Source: Acidobacteriota bacterium
Lineage (GTDB): Bacteria > Acidobacteriota > UBA6911 > RPQK01 > JAJDTT01
Direction: 5' to 3'
Assembly: GCA_965209055.1 (NCBI GenBank)
Contig: OZ242374.1
Coordinates: forward strand, 672,001 to 736,000
Length of the DNA: 64,000 bases
Translations under genes and position numbers: made by a program
Notes under the pieces: generated by a model
What the model saw: the letters and a program-made list of their open reading frames with translations, nothing else
The model's database searches: none
Told to the model about the DNA's origin: nothing
Part shown: piece by piece, positions 57,903 through 64,000 of the stretch
Numbering within the stretch: the first letter of the stretch is position 1
How the letters are laid out: each line of letters begins with the position of its first letter

Positions 57903-59516
57903 TCACCGCTTCAGCAGTTCATCCAGCGACAGCTTCTCGAAGACCAGGTCCGACCGGCTTCCCTCGTAGACGATCCCCACGTGCCGGTCGTCGATCCGGG
58001 TGATGCCGGGATACCCCCGCCCCAGGCCCTCGTCCAGCAGAATCTGGTAGTCCTCGGGCCAGGTCATCCCGTCGTCGAAGCTGACCTTGACGGTGTGGTG
58101 ATGCCGTCCGTCGGGCGAGTTGGGATTGGCGAACAGCAGAATGTACTTCGACTCCCCCTCTTCCTCGTAGTCGAATCGAAAGAGGCTGGCGTTGCAATTC
58201 GGTTCGACCAACGCCTTGCGGTTGGTTTCGTGCGGAATCCAGGTGATGCCCAGATCCCAGGTCACAAAGACGGCCCGGTACGGCTCCGGCTTGTCGTTGC
58301 GCATGTTGAGCATGATGGACCCGTCGCCGAGCTGCACCGCCAGGGTTTCGTTGCCTCCGCTGAAGGCCGGGTTGCTCACCGTCCAGGTGGCGCCGTGGTC
58401 GCGGCTGTAGGTGATATTGCCAAACGGATACCCGGTCTCGTCGCGCCCCTGGGTCGGCATGACGATGGTCCCGTCGGAAAGGGTGATCCCCCGGTTCGGC
58501 GCCGGGGCGAAGAGCCACCACTCCGGTTTCTTCAGTTTCCGGGTGATGTTCTCCGGCTCGGTCCAGGTGAGGCCGTCGTCCGTGGAACGAACCATCAGGA
58601 TCTGGGCCGTCTTTCCGATTTCATATCCCGGCTCGGAGCCGTCGTCGCGCCACTGGTGTTTGCCCGGTTTGCCCCACATCCAGACGGCGGTGACGAAGAT
58701 CTCTCCGGTGTTCTCGTCCACGAGGATGCCGGGGTCGCTGACCCCGTTCTCCTCCTGGGGCAGTCCGCCCCATTCCCCCATGTCCATGATGGCCCGCTGT
58801 GGCTCCCAGGTCTGGCCGCCGTCGGTGCTGCGGATGAGCCCGATATCGATATGTTCCTGCAAGTCTCGCGACTTCCGCCACCGCATGTCGTAGACGCAAA
58901 GCAGGGTGCCCTTGGGCGTCGTGGCGATCGCCGGAATGCGGTAGGTATGGACTCCGTCGTCCATGTGTTTGCGCAGCGCCAGGCCGATCCGTTTGCGGAC
59001 GCCGGGAGTCGTGTCCGTCGGAGTCAGCACTCCTGCGGAAGTGTTCACGGAAGTGCAGACGGCATCGGTCTTGTTTCCTAACTCGGCGGTGGGGCGCAAC
59101 CGGACGGAAAGCCAGAAGACATTCTTACCTGGTGACAGTTCCTGATTTCCCGTGAAGACGACCTGCTCGGCCGGTCGAGCGGGATCGCCGAACCTGTTCC
59201 CTGTCCCGAATTCCTCCTGGTCACCCGAGTAGAACAACTCCAGGGTCTCGATGTCGTTCAGGTCGTCCGTACCGCTGAGCTTGAAGAGGAACAATCCGGC
59301 GGTGTGGCCGGCGCCCTGGGCTTCGACAGTCAGTCGCAACAGCGGATTGTGGTCATTGCGGATAAGCACCGGATGCACCCGTTGGGCAGCAGTGATTTCC
59401 AAGCTGCCGGAGAACATTCCTGCACATCCATGAAGAGCCGGCAGGAGCAGGAGCAAGGCTGCATGTCCCTTCGCCATCAAACGGGTCAGTCTGGGAAATC
59501 CTTTTCCGGTCTTCAT
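57903..59516 (-). CDS. Exo-alpha-sialidase (GH33), lipoprotein
   Basis: GGAGG RBS; LHGC lipobox; YRIP motif; Asp boxes STDGGQTW, STDDGLTW, SRDHGATW, SFDDGMTW. Confidence 0.92.
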   Translation of the reverse strand: MKTGKGFPRLTRLMAKGHAALLLLLPALHGCAGMFSGSLEITAAQRVHPVLIRNDHNPLLRLTVEAQGAGHTAGLFLFKLSGTDDLNDIETLELFYSGDQEEFGTGNRFGDPARPAEQVVFTGNQELSPGKNVFWLSVRLRPTAELGNKTDAVCTSVNTSAGVLTPTDTTPGVRKRIGLALRKHMDDGVHTYRIPAIATTPKGTLLCVYDMRWRKSRDLQEHIDIGLIRSTDGGQTWEPQRAIMDMGEWGGLPQEENGVSDPGILVDENTGEIFVTAVWMWGKPGKHQWRDDGSEPGYEIGKTAQILMVRSTDDGLTWTEPENITRKLKKPEWWLFAPAPNRGITLSDGTIVMPTQGRDETGYPFGNITYSRDHGATWTVSNPAFSGGNETLAVQLGDGSIMLNMRNDKPEPYRAVFVTWDLGITWIPHETNRKALVEPNCNASLFRFDYEEEGESKYILLFANPNSPDGRHHHTVKVSFDDGMTWPEDYQILLDEGLGRGYPGITRIDDRHVGIVYEGSRSDLVFEKLSLDELLKR

Positions 59517-59639
59517 GGGTTCTCCTCCATTGGCCTTGTCGGGTATCGGTCCATCTGGATTTGATACTACTCTCATTGCGGTCGCTTCTCTTGAGTCTTA
59601 ACCCTGGTTTGGGAAAGAGGCCCAAGGGGTGACCCTTGG

Positions 59640-60359
59640 TCAGAGGCGGATCGTGGCCAGATAGATGCTGGTCTTGCCTTCATGGGAAGAATAGTAGCTG
59701 AGCCAGAGAAGTCCTTCGTACCAAACCATCCCCGGATAGCTCGTGTCGCCGCCGCTGGGGAGCTTGAGGACAGGTTCGTAGCCGGTCAAGGTCAATCTGG
59801 CCAGGACGGTGAAGGGCTCTCCCTGGGTCCAGGCGCCGATCACGGGCGTTCCCCGCGGATACCCCCGGGACGCGGCCCACAATGATCCGTCTGGTATACG
59901 GACGAAATTGGGTCCGCCCAGACGGTGTTTCAGCTTGTGAAACGTCCATTCCCGGTAGGGAGGCGGGCTGCTTCCAACCCAACCCGGCCGGATCAGAGCT
60001 ACCATCCGGTCGTCCGGCAGGAAACGGACGGTGGTTTCGCTGGGAGCCGTCTTTCGAGCCTCGGGCGTCAGGCCGGGCAGCTTGAACTCCGTGATCCAGT
60101 TCCATTCGATCCCGTCGGTCGTCCAGTAGAGGAATGCTCGCCGGGGGGTGGCGGTCTCACCCAATTTGGAGACGCCGTAGCCTCGTCCCCCCTCCCGGAA
60201 GGTGCAGAATCATTTCCCCTGATGGCGGACCAGGTCGGTGAAGGCGCTATGAGGCGCCCGGTCCCAGATCTTTCGGACCGAAATGATCTCCGGTGCACTG
60301 GCCGTCGCTACGGTGGCGCCTACCCACGAGAAGAAAAGGATGCGGAGAACGGGCGTCAT
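59640..60359 (-). pseudogene. Sialidase-like/BNR protein pseudogene (in-frame TGA and probable internal deletion)
   Basis: One frame from ATG 60359: signal peptide, KIWDRAPHSAFTDLVRHQGK*FCTFREG (TGA at 60210-60212 where Trp is expected), then directly GRGYGVS...PSGGDTSYPG...YYSSHEGKTSIYLA. Confidence 0.72.
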
Positions 60360-60546
60360 CTCTTGCTCCGTCAGTTGGAAAGGATGTGCTTAGTTTGGAT
60401 CCTATCGAGCCAATCCAGCACTGCAAAATACCGTCCGCCAGAGCGTCCGCTATAATGCTCCCAACAGCTTCGAAACACTCACGATTCGGAAGTCTTTCAC
60501 GGTGGATTCGTAGTCGGTAGAGAATCACACCAGTTGGGAGGATGGT

Positions 60547-60861
60547 TTGCTTGAGTGGTGGCCGTTGTTGCTAGGCTGGCCCGCCGTTTTTTTGTCGGTG
60601 ACCTTGGCTGTGTTTGGGATCGTGTCCGCAAAACCTGGTTTGATTCTCGTGGCGGCTGTCTTGGCGACTCCGTTCAGCCTCTATCTAAGCGCTGTTTGGA
60701 ACAATGGTATTTGGGTCTCAGTTGTCTATGCGGCCTTTCCGCTTACATTTGTTGCCGCTGCTTACACCGTCAAGCATCGTCGGCCATGGATAGCCTGGTG
60801 TCTGCTTGTTCCCTTCGTAGGTGTGGTCATAAGAATTTTTATCGACGTGATCAGTCGGTGA
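60547..60861 (+). CDS. Small hypothetical membrane protein, lower GC
   Basis: GGAGG before TTG start; four hydrophobic segments. Confidence 0.6.
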   Translation: MLEWWPLLLGWPAVFLSVTLAVFGIVSAKPGLILVAAVLATPFSLYLSAVWNNGIWVSVVYAAFPLTFVAAAYTVKHRRPWIAWCLLVPFVGVVIRIFIDVISR

Positions 60862-60943
60862 AATCAATCGCACCTCTCTACCGGCCTCACGACAAGTAAG
60901 CGGACCGAAGAGAAGGGGACAGTCATCATTGTCACGCCGCTCG

Positions 60944-61085
60944 CGAAGGATGATTTCCTGCACCTTCATCGTCCGCTCCACGGCGCGCGGCGGATACAGT
61001 TCCATCCCCACCTCCTCTTTGTGGGGGTAAAAGCTCATCCTAACCTCGCCCTCAATGGACCGGACACTTCAGGTGCTAACGAAAC
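60944..61085 (-). mobile_element. Remnant of an ISNCY/IS1202-like element (transposase N-terminus and subterminal region); its terminus continues at 62597-62609
   Basis: GAGGAGG RBS, MELYPPRAVERTMKVQEIILR from ATG 61005, then truncated; removing the ISKra4 restores ACCGGACACTTCAGGTGCTAACGAAACCGGTGCACGCGGATTGTTGACA (TGTCA terminus on the minus strand). Confidence 0.55.
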
Positions 61086-61122
61086 CGGTGCACGGGGTGC
61101 ACGACAAAAAGGTGACGACGGA

Positions 61123-62121
61123 TCAAGCTGCAGCCTTGGAATTGGCTCTCCATTCCCAAAAGTCCTCAAAGCGCCCACTGAGCCGAACACAGCGCAAGGC
61201 CATGATCGAATTCGCTCCTGGCACGTTCCAATGCATTCCGGATCGCTTGAGCCGAGCCCCGATGGCATTCTTGCATCCGGCTTCCACTACTCCGGTGGAC
61301 GTGCAGAGCCCTTGCGCCTCGAATCGGGCGTAACGCATGCGATGTCGATTCTGCTGGAAATAGGTGCAGGCCGCTTTCGCTTCCTCGTTGTGAGCGGCCT
61401 CGGTGGCAAGCTCAGATAAGAGGGTCTCGATCCGACCGGTATCGAGACCGTACAGAGCTTGGCTTCACGGGTCCGGGCCGACCCATCCGGCTGTTTGCCC
61501 GATCGTCCTTGCACCTCAGTCGACCGCATGGGCACCCCCGTGCCGTCCAGGCCCAGATCGAGCGTCGAAGGCAAGGGGAGCCTCGAATCCGGCTCCCGGA
61601 TCTGGCGCTCATAGCCCGCGACTTGCTCTCCCCAGGCCTGGGCCGACCGTTGGACATGTTTGACCCCCACCTCCACTCCGGCCAACTCGTCCAATAACTG
61701 ACTGCTTTCCTGAAAGCTGACCATGGAAGCGACCACTCCCACCATCCGTGTCAGGGCGGGAGACAAGGAGCTCCCCTCCAATCCCAGGCCCCGGTCTCGG
61801 GGACAGAAGCCGTGACCGCATTTCCCACAGTGATAGTAGGCGCGCTCCAATCGAATCGGCCCCAGCACGGTCACGAACCGTTTGGTCCGCCGCCCCGCGT
61901 CGCGTACCGTCCCGCCACAGGAGCAGTGATGGCTGGGCCTGGCATCCGAATGATCCTGGTGGAGCTGCGCTTCCACCGTGCGGGCCGCCCACTCCAAGAC
62001 TTGGCGCCGGAGGGCGGTCTCCAGAGCTTCGAAGTCCAAGGCTTCGGCCGCCAGGGGGCCCATCAGGGTCGGGACTTCTTGCCGGATCTCCTGCGCCAGC
62101 GTTTTTTGGAGCCCTTTTTTT
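61123..62121 (-). pseudogene. ISKra4 transposase, broken
   Basis: RAYYHCGKCGHGFCPRD, LDGTGVPMR, REAKL in one frame; RMRY..F...G....GVVEAGCK..IG.RLKRSGMHW in another; the middle of the catalytic region is missing. Confidence 0.82.
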
Positions 62122-62488
62122 GGCCCGTCCGGGCCGAAGAAGGGTCCAGCTGAACCTGACAAATCTGCTCGCTGACCTCCACCAACTCCTTCACCAAGCT
62201 CCGCAATCGACGATACTCGGCGATCTGCGCCCGGGTGCGTTCGACCGCCGGCCCCGGGGGAATGATCTTGGTCACGGTTTTGCCGCCGACGCGACGGGTC
62301 AAGGAGAAACTGGGTCCGTGGCCTCGGTCGCCGGGCTGGGCACAGTGACAGTTGGGCTTGCCGCAACGGCGGTAACGCGTCGCGAGAGACCCGGGACGGA
62401 GGTCGCCGATTTCGAGCACGGCCTGCAACAACCGCTGGCGTCGATGTTGGAGCTGGCGCTGAGGGGAACGGTCTGGGGACAGGGGCAC
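62063..62488 (-). CDS. ISKra4 accessory OrfA (DUF6788-like Zn-finger)
   Basis: GSL..RYRRCGKPNCHC...GHGP, GKTVT; ends over a slippery A-AAA-AAG. Confidence 0.8.
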   Translation of the reverse strand: MPLSPDRSPQRQLQHRRQRLLQAVLEIGDLRPGSLATRYRRCGKPNCHCAQPGDRGHGPSFSLTRRVGGKTVTKIIPPGPAVERTRAQIAEYRRLRSLVKELVEVSEQICQVQLDPSSARTGQKKGSKKRWRRRSGKKSRP

Positions 62489-62962
62489 ACTCCTACCTGA
62501 CAGTTATAGTAACTGACAGAGAGTCTAAGCCCAATCGCTGACGTTCTCTGGCCTTCATCATCAGCATCACTCTCGTGTCGGGCACCCCGGTGCACGCGGA
62601 TTGTTGACATCGGCGGACGGCATCCCGTAGAATTTTGCAATCCTAGGTTCGCGGATGTCGAATGCTCAATGCTGAATACGCAGATCTCTGCTATTCGTCC
62701 AGTCCAATTCAGTCCGCTTCAGCAAAAGGAGCACGGCGGAGTTGCGCCGGGATTCTTCCTTCAGCCTCACTATTCCCCGCCGAGAGGCCGTCAACGAGGC
62801 GACGGGCCTCCGAAGAACCGGCATTTCCAACGACCAGGGGGTTTTCAGTTTCGAGTGGATCGAGTGGAATCGTTATTGGCAGCCACTGTTGATACGCTGT
62901 AACGTCACCTTAGCCTTTTGATTCTTTGTGTGGGCTAGATTTTCGTCAAGGGGAGGCACCGT

Positions 62963-64000
62963 ATGCTACTTGGCAAACAACATCTCAAAGCAACTTCTCT
63001 ATTAATTATTTTAATCTTGGCAGGCACTCCTTTACTTCTATCGCAGGCTACGACGGGGACGATAACGGGCACCGTCGTCGATGAGGTCGAGGCGGTGATT
63101 CCAGGGGCCACCGTGACTGTAACCAATGTGGACACCGGTGAAGAACGTGAAGCGATCACCGAATGATACGGGTGTTTTCGGACTTCCGTATTTGAGACCA
63201 GGTGTCTATGACCTCAGAGCCGAAATGCCCGGCTTCAAGACGGCCCTACTGACCCAGATCGAGATTCGGGTGGATTCGCACGTCCGTCGCCAGGTGACGT
63301 TGGCAGTGGGGGAGGTTACGGAACAAGTGACCGTCCAGGCTGCGGTGACTCGTGTCGAAACGGAAACACCGGCGATCGGTGAAGTACTGCAGGAACGGGA
63401 GATCAAAGAGCTTCCCATCAATCAGAGAAGTTTTGTCGGCCTGACTCGCTTAACTGCGGGGGCCCACGGTTCCCCCTTTACAGAGTCCGGTAACGCAGGC
63501 GAATCCCATGGTTTTCGCATAGGCCGTGGGGTGACCACCGTCACGATTTCAGGTCAGCGGGAGACCTCGACCAATTACATGTTCGATGGGATCCCGAGTA
63601 AAGAGCCCTTCTACGGATCTTCCGCTCAACTTCCGGCTCTCGATGCTTTGGCTGAAGTGAAAGTCCAGCGGGGTTTCTTCTCAGGTCAAAACGATAATCC
63701 AGCGGTCGTCAACGCAATCACCAAGTCGGGAACCAACGCAATTCACGGCTCCGGCTGGATGTTTCATCGCAACGACAATCTGGACGCGCGAAACTTCTTT
63801 TCAGTCGGCAATCCGGAGTTCCTCCAGAACCAGTTCGGAGCTGAGGTGGGCGGTCCGGTGATTCAAGATAAACTGTTCTGGGTTTTTAGCTACGAAGGTT
63901 TTCGCTCACGAAAGGCCGCGACCGGTCGCAACATCGTCCCCACGTCTCGGCATCTACAGGGAGATTTCTCGGATTTGGCAGAGCCCCTGATCGATCCAAC
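62963..64000 (+). pseudogene. Oar-like TonB-dependent receptor with carboxypeptidase-regulatory N-domain; +1 frameshift near 63161; runs off the window
   Basis: GGGAGG RBS; signal peptide, GTITGTVVD..IPGATVTVTN..T, stop at 63166; the shifted frame continues NDTGVF..LRPGVYDL..GFK, ELPINQR, TKSGTNAIHGS, RNDNLDARNFF, QNQFG..VGGP..DKLFW. Confidence 0.8.

Larger units (their letters stand above)
61095..62587 (-). mobile_element. ISKra4-family insertion sequence, internally deleted
   Basis: Terminal IRs GGGTGCACGACA / GGGTGCCCGACA (11/12); 9-bp direct repeats CGGTGCACG at 61086-61094 and 62588-62596. Confidence 0.85.

Noticed and set aside
60210-60212. Selenocysteine or TGA=Trp recoding
   Set aside because: The position corresponds to Trp, not Cys; TGA is a normal stop in many genes here; the gene shows other damage
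60860-60910. Possible degenerate right end of the ISNCY-like element
   Set aside because: Similarity to the reconstructed left end is too weak to support by eye

Overview
GC-rich bacterial DNA, most likely Acidobacteriota. This is inferred from the Oar-like TonB receptor, three CRTAC1/ASPIC-UnbV proteins, many TPR proteins and planctomycete-type DUF1549/DUF1553/DUF1501 genes. About 50 genes are readable: a planctomycete-type cytochrome c/DUF1501 cluster with a heptahaem-TPR protein; glycan and sugar catabolism genes (2 sulfatases, 3 sialidase/BNR proteins, 3 Gfo/Idh/MocA oxidoreductases, epimerase, aldolase, PhyH dioxygenase); a non-canonical acyl-CoA ligase/ferredoxin/E1beta-E1alpha/amine dehydrogenase/enolase-superfamily operon; an orphan HipS-HIRAN gene; an ECF sigma cluster; and a decayed right end with nested IS elements and two pseudogenes. 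No rRNA, tRNA or CRISPR array was recognised. The best candidate for an undescribed system is a small secreted DUF2946/CruR-like leader protein (His-rich CxxC, C-terminal RAPP ribosome-arrest motif) lying 245 nt upstream of a His/Asp/Glu-rich ZnuD-like TonB-dependent receptor, which suggests metal-sensing translational attenuation for a metal other than copper. Also notable are a GTAG/GGAG REP/REPIN family whose copies can supply gene stop codons, and an ISKra4 element (9-bp TSD, A-AAA-AAG -1 frameshift) inserted into the end of an older IS. All family assignments come from motif recognition by eye; no database searches were run.
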